From a virus (taxonomy: Duplodnaviria > Caudoviricetes): 64,000 nucleotides of DNA. The stretch's first letter is position 1; each line of letters opens with the position of its first letter. Shown here one piece after another: positions 21,221-30,184 of the stretch. The notes beneath the pieces were generated by a model that did not search any database, had not been told where the DNA came from, and saw nothing but the letters and a program-made list of their open reading frames with translations. Location of the stretch: positions 1,367 through 65,366 of IMG/VR virus record IMGVR_UViG_3300021256_000012; one strand, given 5' to 3'. Made by a program: the position numbers and the translations under genes.

Positions 21221-21808
21221 ATGATTTTACAGGCAATGAGTTTCAATCTGAATAACAAGCTGGAAGCAACAGATATTTATCTTCCATTGGCTACAGCTGA
21301 CATGGCGGCACTGACTGCGCTTGTCCCTGAGGGTGAGGAGACTATTCTTACGCTTGCCTGGGATATGGTGAAGGAATATGTGAAGGTTAAGAATGAGAGC
21401 GGAACCATACTTTTAGAGCGTGGTATTGATTCTAAGGCTGTAGCATTTCCTAAAGGTTCCTGTCTGTTCTTTGAGAACAGCATCCCTGTCACAAAATGGT
21501 TGATATGTAATTATGAGTGCTGCACTGGAGAATGCCCTGTTGATCCTGTTGGTTCTGCTGGTGTACTACTACCTAATGCTAAAGTAGGTAACGCATGGGA
21601 AGGCTCCTTCGTGTTCAGCGGAGACTTACCTATTGTGTTCGGTGTAACCGGTATGCCTGACTGGATGACTGCAACTTACGCAGACAACTATGCGAAGCTG
21701 AGCGGAACACCTACAGCTTCAGGTACATTCAGTATTTCCGTAGCAGCAAGCAACGACAGAGGCAAGAACATTGCTGTAGCTCAGGGAACTGTGACTGTGG
21801 AGGCATGA
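21221..21808 (+). CDS. virion protein with C-terminal Ig-like (He_PIG-type) domain
   Basis: LPNAKVG...GMPDWM...LSGTPTASGTFSISVAASN. Confidence 0.65.
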   Translation: MILQAMSFNLNNKLEATDIYLPLATADMAALTALVPEGEETILTLAWDMVKEYVKVKNESGTILLERGIDSKAVAFPKGSCLFFENSIPVTKWLICNYECCTGECPVDPVGSAGVLLPNAKVGNAWEGSFVFSGDLPIVFGVTGMPDWMTATYADNYAKLSGTPTASGTFSISVAASNDRGKNIAVAQGTVTVEA

Positions 21809-21809
21809 T

Positions 21810-21971
21810 ATGCAGACAAAGTTGAAACCAAACAGAGAGGGATTAGTCGGAGTAGGTGTTGCATTTGAACGAATTAGACGTGTAACAGGTTATCTTGTTG
21901 GCACGCTAGACCGTTTCAACAATGCAAAACGTGCGGAGGTTCACGACAGAGTGAAGCACATGCACGTATAA
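21810..21971 (+). CDS. stand-alone class III ribonucleotide reductase (NrdD) C-terminal glycyl-radical peptide, 53 aa
   Basis: SD GGAGG; FERIRRVTGYLVGTLDRFNNAKRAEVHDRVKH matches NrdD C-terminal RxxGY loop. Confidence 0.8.
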   Translation: MQTKLKPNREGLVGVGVAFERIRRVTGYLVGTLDRFNNAKRAEVHDRVKHMHV

Positions 21972-22024
21972 TTAAAGTACCTTATTTGAGTTGTTAATCA
22001 TTAAGACACATTCCATACATTTTG

Positions 22025-22059
22025 CCCCTGTCGCTTGTTACTCCTTGACAGGGGTTTTT
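22025..22059 (+). terminator. rho-independent terminator ending the late operon
   Basis: CCCCTGTC/GACAGGGG stem plus T5 at convergence of arms. Confidence 0.8.
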
Positions 22060-22060
22060 G

Positions 22061-22297
22061 TTATAGGCATGAGCAGATAAAAGTAATAATAAGATACCAT
22101 CCATAAACAGCAATCTCTATAGAGATTACTGCACAGGCTGAGAAAAATAAACTTTTAGCCCATTCATAAGCAAAAGTTTTCCAGGTTTGATGATTGTAGT
22201 AGCGCATAGTTCTCAGTTTAACTTCGGTCGCCTGCCATATAAAATATAGTATAAGCATGGAGATAGCACTAACCACAGCGACTAAATCAAAAATCAT
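22061..22297 (-). CDS. small membrane protein
   Basis: Two hydrophobic segments; TAATG coupling. Confidence 0.6.
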   Translation of the reverse strand: MIFDLVAVVSAISMLILYFIWQATEVKLRTMRYYNHQTWKTFAYEWAKSLFFSACAVISIEIAVYGWYLIITFICSCL

Positions 22298-22446
22298 TAT
22301 TTCCACCATTTCAGTTTTAGATAAAATAGAATTAAACAAGCTATAAATGCACAGCCAGCTAGAAATAACGTAAAAAGAAATTCTGTAGCTTCAGCTAAAT
22401 TTGTGCAAGGAAACCCTGTTACCAATTCAAATATATAGGCAATCAT
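22297..22446 (-). CDS. 49-aa membrane peptide (not in ORF track)
   Basis: SD GGAGG; MIAYIFELV...LKLKWWK. Confidence 0.55.
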   Translation of the reverse strand: MIAYIFELVTGFPCTNLAEATEFLFTLFLAGCAFIACLILFYLKLKWWK

Positions 22447-22463
22447 TTTTTCCTCCTTTTATT

Positions 22464-22658
22464 TTATGTACGTTCTGATATTATGCACTTTGCTGCCTGC
22501 TGGTATGGGACTGACCTATCGTCTTTGTTTGCGCTGAATATATGAATGTCAGGTTCGTTAGTAAAATACCTTTCACACGCCCGGAAGTATTCATTCGTCC
22601 ATACAACTGCGTCCTCTGGGAACTGTTCTAATATAGCTTTGAGTTCTTTTACCTTCAT
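22464..22658 (-). CDS. hypothetical protein
   Basis: MKVKELKAIL-type small phage protein. Confidence 0.65.
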   Translation of the reverse strand: MKVKELKAILEQFPEDAVVWTNEYFRACERYFTNEPDIHIFSANKDDRSVPYQQAAKCIISERT

Positions 22659-22666
22659 TCTTCCAC

Positions 22667-22906
22667 CTATATGATATGAATAATTAGAACGTCACTACGA
22701 GCTGCATGTCTCGGTTCAATAAGTTCTACCTCACGTTCCATCAGTGGGTATAAATTCTTTGGGACGTCGTCATCAGTTAAGGTTCCTCCAAAAAGAATGC
22801 GTGTGTTCTTACCGTATCCCTGCTCGACTCGTATGTAAATAAAATTATTTAGACACATTACAATATGTTTTAATTTAGTTGTCATTCTTTTATCTCCTAG
22901 AACCAA
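22667..22906 (-). CDS. hypothetical protein (small paralogue family)
   Basis: ORF track; shares C-terminal motif with neighbours. Confidence 0.6.
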   Translation of the reverse strand: MVLGDKRMTTKLKHIVMCLNNFIYIRVEQGYGKNTRILFGGTLTDDDVPKNLYPLMEREVELIEPRHAARSDVLIIHII

Positions 22907-23166
22907 TTAACCATATAGATATATATTGTCGCATTGTCGGCTATAGGTACAATTCTATATTTAAGAACTGGCATATCTTCCCAACGTAAGAATAGTTCTA
23001 GGTCTAATTTGATAGTTTTCTCAACAAGCTTCTTTTCTTCAGTATCTTGAAATTTTAAATAAAATTTTTTATTTTTATAATCAGACTGTAACATTAGAGT
23101 TTTTACAACTTCACCTAATGAAGCTCTAATGCCATGTGCTTCTGCTAGTATATTTGGTAAGTTCAT
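22897..23166 (-). CDS. hypothetical protein (small paralogue family)
   Basis: Coupled ORF. Confidence 0.6.
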   Translation of the reverse strand: MNLPNILAEAHGIRASLGEVVKTLMLQSDYKNKKFYLKFQDTEEKKLVEKTIKLDLELFLRWEDMPVLKYRIVPIADNATIYIYMVNWF

Positions 23167-23444
23167 TCTTCTACCTCAATGTGCAAATAAGCTTCATCAG
23201 TGTCAAACCAACAAACTCGTATAGTTTTTACTGTTTTATCTTTTATTTTTCTATCTAAAAGAATTTTATCGTTAAGATAATCATGCTTATACCCAAGATA
23301 TTCTTCTTCACCACAAGTAACAAAGATATATTCTGTTTCAGGAATAAACTTTAATTGTTCTTCTAATGTCATTTTTTCCACCTTTTTAATCTTCTCCAAA
23401 CTTATGATCATCTTCCCAAAATTTAACAGCAATATATTCACCAA
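23163..23444 (-). CDS. hypothetical protein (small paralogue family; true start probably downstream)
   Basis: ORF track. Confidence 0.55.
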   Translation of the reverse strand: MVNILLLNFGKMIISLEKIKKVEKMTLEEQLKFIPETEYIFVTCGEEEYLGYKHDYLNDKILLDRKIKDKTVKTIRVCWFDTDEAYLHIEVEE

Positions 23445-23568
23445 TTAAGACTTTCCATGCGTCGTATAATCTGCTGAAAATAGAATCATCTGGTCGTGGT
23501 TTAGCTATATGCCAATTACCTTCTTTATCGTTAATTTGAATATTTTTTAAACTATCAATATGTCTCAT
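23386..23568 (-). CDS. 60-aa hypothetical protein, with decayed copy at 56339-56508
   Basis: IFSRLYDAWKVL.GEYIAVKFW shared with second copy. Confidence 0.7.
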   Translation of the reverse strand: MRHIDSLKNIQINDKEGNWHIAKPRPDDSIFSRLYDAWKVLIGEYIAVKFWEDDHKFGED

Positions 23569-23756
23569 TCTTTCACCTTTGCATCTTTCTTGCCTTGTTC
23601 ATACATTTTGTCAAACAATGGCATTGTGTATTTCCATAATTCGTCATAAGTTTCTATATCAATATCTCCACATGAATTTAATCCATGTAAGAGATCCGCA
23701 AATTCAGACTTAATCTTTTCTTTCTCTGTTATAGTTTTAGCTATTCCCTAACTCAT
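23565..23756 (-). pseudogene. small gene with TAG at codon 3
   Basis: SD plus ATG AGT TAG, then 60 open codons ending in TGA overlapping next ATG. Confidence 0.55.
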
Positions 23757-23759
23757 TCT

Positions 23760-24047
23760 TTATCCCTTCTTAATGTACTCATTGACAACAATAGTCTTGG
23801 TTCTCTTTTCAACCTCATAAGGTTGGTTAAAGAACTCATTTTCTTGATTTTCAGTTAAACCTTCTTCCCAGTCTAAAGCGAACAGTCTACCTTGAACATC
23901 AAAGATAGTCTTAGCAGATCTCGACCATCGGTTATTCTCACCATAGATGGTTTCAACTTCATCAAGTCCCCATCTTAAAGAATCCAATTCTCTTTCTGAG
24001 AATTTTTCACCTTTGTCAAATTTCTCTAAAAATTCTTGTTCTAGCAT
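23760..24047 (-). CDS. acidic hypothetical protein
   Basis: RWSR...WEEGLTENQENEF motif typical of phage small proteins. Confidence 0.7.
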   Translation of the reverse strand: MLEQEFLEKFDKGEKFSERELDSLRWGLDEVETIYGENNRWSRSAKTIFDVQGRLFALDWEEGLTENQENEFFNQPYEVEKRTKTIVVNEYIKKG

Positions 24048-24241
24048 TTTTCCACTCCACTAAGTTGTTTGTTAATATCATCATAGAGTTTTGAGAAAGT
24101 CTCTTTTTCATTTCTATATTGCTTTTCTCTACATCTGCCCTCCCACATTTCTTCATATTGTTGAGCTTGTGTTTCGCTTTCACTTATTGATTCAAGTACC
24201 CAACTCCATTGTTCTTCTTCCAGTTCTACTTTTACTTTCAT
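24041..24241 (-). CDS. hypothetical protein
   Basis: Coupled ORF. Confidence 0.6.
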   Translation of the reverse strand: MKVKVELEEEQWSWVLESISESETQAQQYEEMWEGRCREKQYRNEKETFSKLYDDINKQLSGVEKC

Positions 24242-24747
24242 TTCTCAACTCCAAATGGCTGCCAGCTTTCTTTATCTTCATTCCAAATTTCTATTTCATT
24301 AAACCAAGTAGAAAATTTTAAAGCGCCTCCGCCTATTTGTATTTGATCTTCTCTATTAGCTTCCTCGATAAACCCCATAATTGTTGTTGTAATTATTCTT
24401 AGTGGATAATCTCTATTTCTATATGTAATTTGAGAACCTACATTCTTATTAAGAGTTTCTGAAAATTCTTTAAAACTTCTAAAAGCTCTCCATTTCTTTT
24501 CTTTTCTAACCTTGTCAACAGGAAGAAAGAATCTAAATCCGACAGAAGCATTACTACAGTTATTTCTTTGTTTTAGATAAAAGGGATAATCTGTTGTATC
24601 TTCATCAACTTGTTTTAGAATCCCTTTATCCCACCTATTTAAATCTAAATAATAACTGTCGCAAAAATACCCCTCATGGTTAATGTATTTTCTTGCATCT
24701 TCAATAGTTGCAATAGTAAATACGTCTTTCCTGTCAAATGTCTTCAT
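24238..24747 (-). CDS. W-x-PFG family protein (copy 1)
   Basis: WRAFRSFKEF...WQPFGVEK. Confidence 0.7.
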   Translation of the reverse strand: MKTFDRKDVFTIATIEDARKYINHEGYFCDSYYLDLNRWDKGILKQVDEDTTDYPFYLKQRNNCSNASVGFRFFLPVDKVRKEKKWRAFRSFKEFSETLNKNVGSQITYRNRDYPLRIITTTIMGFIEEANREDQIQIGGGALKFSTWFNEIEIWNEDKESWQPFGVEK

Positions 24748-24998
24748 TTTGCTATTCCTCCAATTATTGTTTCAATAGTAAATGCTATACCACCAATTAA
24801 ACTAATTACACCAAATGAAATATTGTGGTTATTGTTTTTATTTTCATTTTCGTATCTCCTTGTGTTATACTTATTTCATAGGTTAAAAGGCTCGTTGGCT
24901 AGATCGCGTAAGTGCTGACCTTGTGCCGAGTTCGTCCGATTGAGTGCGCGCTTTAAGCGGCAACAAAGCATAGTAAACCTTTGACCTATACCCTTCTG

Positions 24999-25277
24999 TT
25001 ATTCTTCAGGCTTCCATTCTTCTTTCTCAAGTGTGTAATTAAAGAAAGCTCCTGCAAATGTAATTAAGAAATCTGCGGTTCTTTCAGTATACTTAGTAGC
25101 TTCTTCTTTTGGACCCCACTGTAATGAAGGTAAATCAATATTACTTGTAGGTGAACCATAATGTGCTATATATTTATTACACAAATAGCTTCGATCTTCA
25201 GGTACGTCTGGTTGGATTCTTTTTAAATGATATATTGGTATTGTGTTCATCTTATTCAATCTCCCTAAATCTACCAT
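24999..25277 (-). CDS. hypothetical protein (start probably 25250)
   Basis: ORF track. Confidence 0.6.
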   Translation of the reverse strand: MVDLGRLNKMNTIPIYHLKRIQPDVPEDRSYLCNKYIAHYGSPTSNIDLPSLQWGPKEEATKYTERTADFLITFAGAFFNYTLEKEEWKPEE

Positions 25278-25533
25278 AAAGCTTATCTTCGTATGCCTTG
25301 ATAGCTTTAGTCATTGCTATAGACTTTGAAGTTTCTAGAAAAATATGTAAATATTTTCCCACAATTTTGTAATCTCTAGTTTCATATAAACAGCTAATGT
25401 GTCTTATAGGTAAGTTATAGAACTCCTTTGGAATTATATGTGCATATATAATCTTTGATGTATTCCTATTACTACTTAGTTGTACTTTTTCGAGTTCTAA
25501 ATCTATGAGATTAAGTAATTCACCTAATAGCAT
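25252..25533 (-). CDS. hypothetical protein (small paralogue family)
   Basis: MLLGELL..., YLHIFLE. Confidence 0.6.
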   Translation of the reverse strand: MLLGELLNLIDLELEKVQLSSNRNTSKIIYAHIIPKEFYNLPIRHISCLYETRDYKIVGKYLHIFLETSKSIAMTKAIKAYEDKLYGRFREIE

Positions 25534-26045
25534 TATTCAATCTCCATTCGCTTACCACATGGAACCCAGTGACCCTCTCTGTCCTGTACCTCGTACAGAT
25601 TGCAAAGTGCGTCCACGCTGATCCCACAGATACTCTTGAGCTTAGGGGTCTTGCCATAGTAGCAGTTCACTTTCTTTTTCAGAAAGACAAAGTAGTTGGC
25701 TGTGCCCTGTATACGCTGGCGTAAAGTTATCTCACTGAACAGTCTTGCACCGGTGAGGTCTTTAAGTTCACTGAACTTCTCGAAAGGGACGAACCCATGA
25801 GCAAGATAGGTAGGCAGGAACATTGAGAAACCCTGTAGCTGATTGTCTACCTTGGCAGCAAAGACAATGCTTGGGTTGTCAGTCATAAGTTCTTCAACCT
25901 TATATGTGACGTTGTTCTCAACGTTCTCGAAAAGCTGCTGCACGGTGTTGCCGAAGTAACCCTCGTCGCCTTTGGAAACCTCATTAGCAGTCGACCAGGT
26001 TTTTATGCAGCCTGCATGGAATACTACATGTTTAATGTTTGACAT
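25533..26045 (-). CDS. W-x-PFG family protein (diverged copy 2)
   Basis: FVPFEKFSEL...WVPCGK; SD AAGGAG. Confidence 0.7.
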   Translation of the reverse strand: MSNIKHVVFHAGCIKTWSTANEVSKGDEGYFGNTVQQLFENVENNVTYKVEELMTDNPSIVFAAKVDNQLQGFSMFLPTYLAHGFVPFEKFSELKDLTGARLFSEITLRQRIQGTANYFVFLKKKVNCYYGKTPKLKSICGISVDALCNLYEVQDREGHWVPCGKRMEIE

Positions 26046-26173
26046 TTTAAAATCTCCTTATCTATAATTTAATTGACCTTCTACGCTTCCTGCATGTACG
26101 CCCAGTACATGTACAGCGGACCACTGATGGCATTGCGCTACGGAATACATAACGCAGCGCCGCTCAGGGCACA

Positions 26174-26440
26174 CTAGGAACTGCTGTTGCCGGCAGGTGG
26201 TTCTGTGCCCTTAGTGTCTAACCAATGGCATCCTATATTGCAATAGCCATTCTCTACGAACCGTCTAATCTCAGCAGCGTCTAATGTCTGGTCGAATTTA
26301 TTGAAAGCATCCACTATAGATTCAGCTTCAACGATATGTTCATAGATACGCTTTTCACCATCAGCTGATATAGCATTTATTTCTAAGAGATAGCTACCCA
26401 TTTCGTCTCTCCTGTCGTCTAAGCCAGCGCACGTCCTCAT
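26174..26440 (-). CDS. hypothetical protein (start probably about 26401)
   Basis: ORF track. Confidence 0.55.
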   Translation of the reverse strand: MRTCAGLDDRRDEMGSYLLEINAISADGEKRIYEHIVEAESIVDAFNKFDQTLDAAEIRRFVENGYCNIGCHWLDTKGTEPPAGNSSS

Positions 26441-26621
26441 AGTTCATGGAATATTCCAGGTTAAGCCCCATGTGATAACGGCGCTCGAACTCGCATGGGC
26501 GTCGCATGTCCTGCCATACATGAGGCTTGAAGAATATAGGATCGTCTGCTGAAGTTATCCGCATTAAATGTTCTACGTAGTCAGGGTCACGGTATCTGTA
26601 GTATTTACGTTTCATCACCAT
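26394..26621 (-). CDS. hypothetical protein
   Basis: ORF track, coupled. Confidence 0.55.
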   Translation of the reverse strand: MVMKRKYYRYRDPDYVEHLMRITSADDPIFFKPHVWQDMRRPCEFERRYHMGLNLEYSMNYEDVRWLRRQERRNG

Positions 26622-26830
26622 TCCTTAAACTTATTGATAAGTTCCTTAGCCTCGTCTATGGTCTTTTCCATAATGAAGATACCTTCACCCAGTACATAGC
26701 CGTCTTTTAACATAGCCTCGTTATGATCAATGTAGACCTGCAGAGCATTGCCGATGAGAATTTTATCGTGCTGTGTCAGCTCTACAGGCTCTTTCTTCTC
26801 GGTCATTCTTCCACTCCAAATGGATACCAT
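26615..26830 (-). CDS. hypothetical protein (start probably 26806)
   Basis: ORF track. Confidence 0.55.
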   Translation of the reverse strand: MVSIWSGRMTEKKEPVELTQHDKILIGNALQVYIDHNEAMLKDGYVLGEGIFIMEKTIDEAKELINKFKEW

Positions 26831-27306
26831 AAGCCGTTACGTTTAAATTCAAAGTTTTTGAACAAAACTTCTGGTTCTAGTCTACATATTCCAATATCTA
26901 TAAATGCAAGTTCATCTTTATTATTCATACCAAAGCCTTGTACTATAGATACAACTTCAATTTCAGGTTCAATCTTTGTTCTATAAACAATACTTGTTCC
27001 TACAGATTTTTGAGTCACAGCTATGAAATCAGAAAAAGTTTTCAATGGTCTCCACTTTGGTTCTTTAGGAGATTGTGGTTTCCACCATGGTGTATGCTTC
27101 TTCGGGTCAAACAATTTGGTTGTTAGATTTTTAAGCTTCGTTTCCTGTTCTAAATAATACTTGCGGTCATCTTCGGTTTCAGCGTCAAGCTCGCTACGAA
27201 CAGTATGAGTCACAGCCATGTTCAATGCCTTGAACAATGTAGCCTTGTCTTCGTCGTCCAGTGGTGGTAAAGGTTTCCACTCGTTATCTTTGAAATTGTC
27301 ACACAT
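26803..27306 (-). CDS. W-x-PFG family protein (copy 3)
   Basis: WRPLKTFSDF...LFKNFEF...WYPFGVEE. Confidence 0.7.
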   Translation of the reverse strand: MCDNFKDNEWKPLPPLDDEDKATLFKALNMAVTHTVRSELDAETEDDRKYYLEQETKLKNLTTKLFDPKKHTPWWKPQSPKEPKWRPLKTFSDFIAVTQKSVGTSIVYRTKIEPEIEVVSIVQGFGMNNKDELAFIDIGICRLEPEVLFKNFEFKRNGLWYPFGVEE

Positions 27307-27311
27307 AATTA

Positions 27312-27614
27312 TTACTCCCCCATATCAGTGAATGCTCTATTGATTGTGGTCTGTAAATTCACTTCACTCGGTGCTGCGTTACGATAAGATACAGCAATGA
27401 ATAAAGCTGCGTACTGTGGTGTAATTGTAATATCAACAACAGTTAATCCCGGGTTGAATGCCTCAGCTTTGCGCACCCAGTCATTTATACCCTTGTCTAA
27501 GCAGGCATGTAATATGTCGTTTGCTTTAGACTGTATAAATTCAAGTGTGTTTTCTGTGGAAACAGACGCTGTTGCTATAAATAGTGCCATCTTACTTTTT
27601 CTCCATTGTCTCAA
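27312..27614 (-). CDS. hypothetical protein (start probably 27590)
   Basis: ORF track. Confidence 0.55.
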   Translation of the reverse strand: MRQWRKSKMALFIATASVSTENTLEFIQSKANDILHACLDKGINDWVRKAEAFNPGLTVVDITITPQYAALFIAVSYRNAAPSEVNLQTTINRAFTDMGE

Positions 27615-27918
27615 GTTTAGCTTTAAATATTATCTTGCTGACCTCAGTCTTGCGTGGCAGAGCACGTCCCTGTGCCTCAGGCATGGCAAGATATGCCCTG
27701 CATAAGTTCATACTGATATTAAACATCTTGCAGATATTGGTGCGGGACATACCGGCACGGAACATGGTAGTCACACTGTACCATGTATCGTAGTCGCGCT
27801 TGCGTGTACGCACTGCACGTGGCGGCGGGTCGTTGACATGGTCGAGTCTCATTTCAAGTTCTTTCAGCTTGAGCTCGATTAGTTCCATTCTGTCTGATAA
27901 TGATTTACGTGTTGGCAT
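27592..27918 (-). CDS. helix-turn-helix DNA-binding protein
   Basis: GMSRTNICKMFNISMNLCRAYL HTH pattern. Confidence 0.6.
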   Translation of the reverse strand: MPTRKSLSDRMELIELKLKELEMRLDHVNDPPPRAVRTRKRDYDTWYSVTTMFRAGMSRTNICKMFNISMNLCRAYLAMPEAQGRALPRKTEVSKIIFKAKLETMEKK

Positions 27919-27992
27919 AAGTTAATCTCCATTTACTATTATTATAAAACTAACTGTACCTAATACCAACACATTTATTTGGAAATGTGAGC

Positions 27993-29978
27993 TTAGGCAA
28001 TACGGAAGTCGTCGCCTATCTCAGCCTCGCAGCCAACAGGGAAACCCTCAAGCCATGAAGGAACTGAACTCATAACCTCTTCCATGATACGTTTAGTCTC
28101 CTCAGCCTTATCCTCAGGAACCACAGTAATCCATGCGTCGTGAATGTTAGCTTTCAGATTTATTCCACGATCTGCCATACGGCATGCCTGCCAGCCTAAC
28201 ATCATAAAAGCGTATGACTGACATAGGTTCTCCACACCACCAGCTCCGTATATTCTTGTAGGTGTAGGCTTACCATGGGTGATACGGTCATATACCATCT
28301 GTCCTTCAGAGAACCTTAGGTTAGGGTACCACAGGCGGTAACCGTTAGGCAGTCCGAGATAAGCACAGTTAATCTCAGTACATGGGATTAAGGCACGACC
28401 ATAGCTGAACTCATTATGTGCGCCAAACTTCCCATACTCACCCAATGCAGTGTTGGAAGCAAGACAACGGATCACCTGGTCAGTATACTTCCAGAAGGCT
28501 ACGATATAAGTAGACGCTGTACGATAAACCGCATGTGCATGGGTAGCCATGGACTCATGTTTGGTTAGGTCGTCGTCAAGTTTAACGTTGGTGCGTAGCA
28601 GTGTGTCAGAAAACTTCTTGGCAGACACACCATATCCGGCAGAAAGAATGCAGGTCTTGCCTACGTTACGTTCCATCTTCAGCTTGTTATGCTCAGGGTG
28701 GTCGTTATGCTTAGCGCCGTCGTGAATCTCCTGCGCGCTCTGACCGAAAATCTTGCTTGCCATCTCAGCGTATGGGTCGCGTCCTGTACGGAACTGTTCC
28801 ACGAGGTCATTCTGTCCTGACACCCAGGCAAGTATGCGTGCCTCAATCTGTGAAGAGTCACAGGCTACAACCTTGTACCCTTCAGGTGCTTTAATGGCTT
28901 CACGGACTACAAGCTTGGTAGGGTCTCGCTTGCTCAGGTTCTGAAAGTTCAGACCGTCAGACTTGCCCTCGTTACCTGCGGTGTATCTGCCAGTGTGTGC
29001 CTTGAACACACCCAGCATAATAGGGATAGGTTTGTCTGAGAAGTTCAGTAAGCTTTCTGAGCGTGACTTCTGAATGGAGCTGTTATGTTCAAGACGTGCA
29101 GAGACGAGGGCACGTACCTGTGGGTTCTCATGGTTCAGCAGTTTAGTAAATTCCAGGTCGGTCTTGCTGATAGCTGGAATTTCCTTGCCCTGCTTCTCAC
29201 TGAACTTCATAGGGCATGGGCAGCCAAGACTTTCCAGCAGTACAGGAAACTCTTTGCGTGAGCGGATAGCCTTAAGCATAGCGTCCACGGTATCGAAATG
29301 GAGGAAGGTAGCAAGCTCCTGACGTTTCTGTTCGGCTGCGCTGTCGAGGTCGTTCACGTAATCCTTCAGCATACTGCCGTCAGGAATGAACGCAGGCTCT
29401 GTGCCCATCTTGGCTGTGATACTCATAAGCTTTAGTGCGTCAGGGTTCTTCACGTAAGGCAGCATTGAGTAGAAGTTCTCACTACACTGGGTTACGTCGT
29501 CGCTACAGTATTGCATGAAGAACTGCCACTCCTCAGAGGTGAACTCCTCAATGGTACGCTTGCCGTCAGAGACTACAGTACCTGCCTGCTTGATACCATG
29601 GTCGAGTGCAGCCGTCAGTGTCTTGTGTGAACATGACATGACACGTGACAGACCAAGCCAGTTCATTAGACTGATAGTGTCCACAATCATATAAGGTTTA
29701 ATGCCGTAGTGTTCGGAAAGAATTAAGGCGTCGAACCCATTGATATTGTGACCTACTGTGATTGTTCCAGGCTCGTCGAGGTGAAGGGCGTTCAGCACCT
29801 GACGGTCAAGTCCGTTCTTGTAGGAAACCACATGGGTCTGTCCTCTGTCAATACGGAAGCCTACGCACTGAACAAAGAAACGTGGGTCTCTGATATATTC
29901 AATAGGTCCCATTTTGGTTAGAGTGTACTTATCTTTTGAGTTCCAGTAAGTCTCAAAGTCCAGCGTTACTATTCTCAT
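27993..29978 (-). CDS. polA: family A DNA polymerase with 3'-5' exonuclease
   Basis: TLDFETY (ExoI), CDSSQIEAR (motif A), KTCILSAGYG (motif B), NIHDAW (motif C). Confidence 0.95.
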   Translation of the reverse strand: MRIVTLDFETYWNSKDKYTLTKMGPIEYIRDPRFFVQCVGFRIDRGQTHVVSYKNGLDRQVLNALHLDEPGTITVGHNINGFDALILSEHYGIKPYMIVDTISLMNWLGLSRVMSCSHKTLTAALDHGIKQAGTVVSDGKRTIEEFTSEEWQFFMQYCSDDVTQCSENFYSMLPYVKNPDALKLMSITAKMGTEPAFIPDGSMLKDYVNDLDSAAEQKRQELATFLHFDTVDAMLKAIRSRKEFPVLLESLGCPCPMKFSEKQGKEIPAISKTDLEFTKLLNHENPQVRALVSARLEHNSSIQKSRSESLLNFSDKPIPIMLGVFKAHTGRYTAGNEGKSDGLNFQNLSKRDPTKLVVREAIKAPEGYKVVACDSSQIEARILAWVSGQNDLVEQFRTGRDPYAEMASKIFGQSAQEIHDGAKHNDHPEHNKLKMERNVGKTCILSAGYGVSAKKFSDTLLRTNVKLDDDLTKHESMATHAHAVYRTASTYIVAFWKYTDQVIRCLASNTALGEYGKFGAHNEFSYGRALIPCTEINCAYLGLPNGYRLWYPNLRFSEGQMVYDRITHGKPTPTRIYGAGGVENLCQSYAFMMLGWQACRMADRGINLKANIHDAWITVVPEDKAEETKRIMEEVMSSVPSWLEGFPVGCEAEIGDDFRIA

Positions 29979-30169
29979 TTCTTTTTCCTTACATACGTAT
30001 CAGCTATGCCGTCCAGTATTCTTCTTGCAACATCACAGAATACTGCGCTATAATTCCTGTCGTCATCCCTAACAACCTTGTTAGTCTCATTCACGCAGAC
30101 CAGATATAATATGTCTAGTAGTTGTCGTTCCAGGTCTGCGTGAATACTCCCTGTGTTTGTTTGTCCCAT
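29975..30169 (-). CDS. hypothetical protein
   Basis: Coupled to polA. Confidence 0.55.
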   Translation of the reverse strand: MGQTNTGSIHADLERQLLDILYLVCVNETNKVVRDDDRNYSAVFCDVARRILDGIADTYVRKKK

Positions 30170-30184
30170 AGGCTGCCTACCTCG

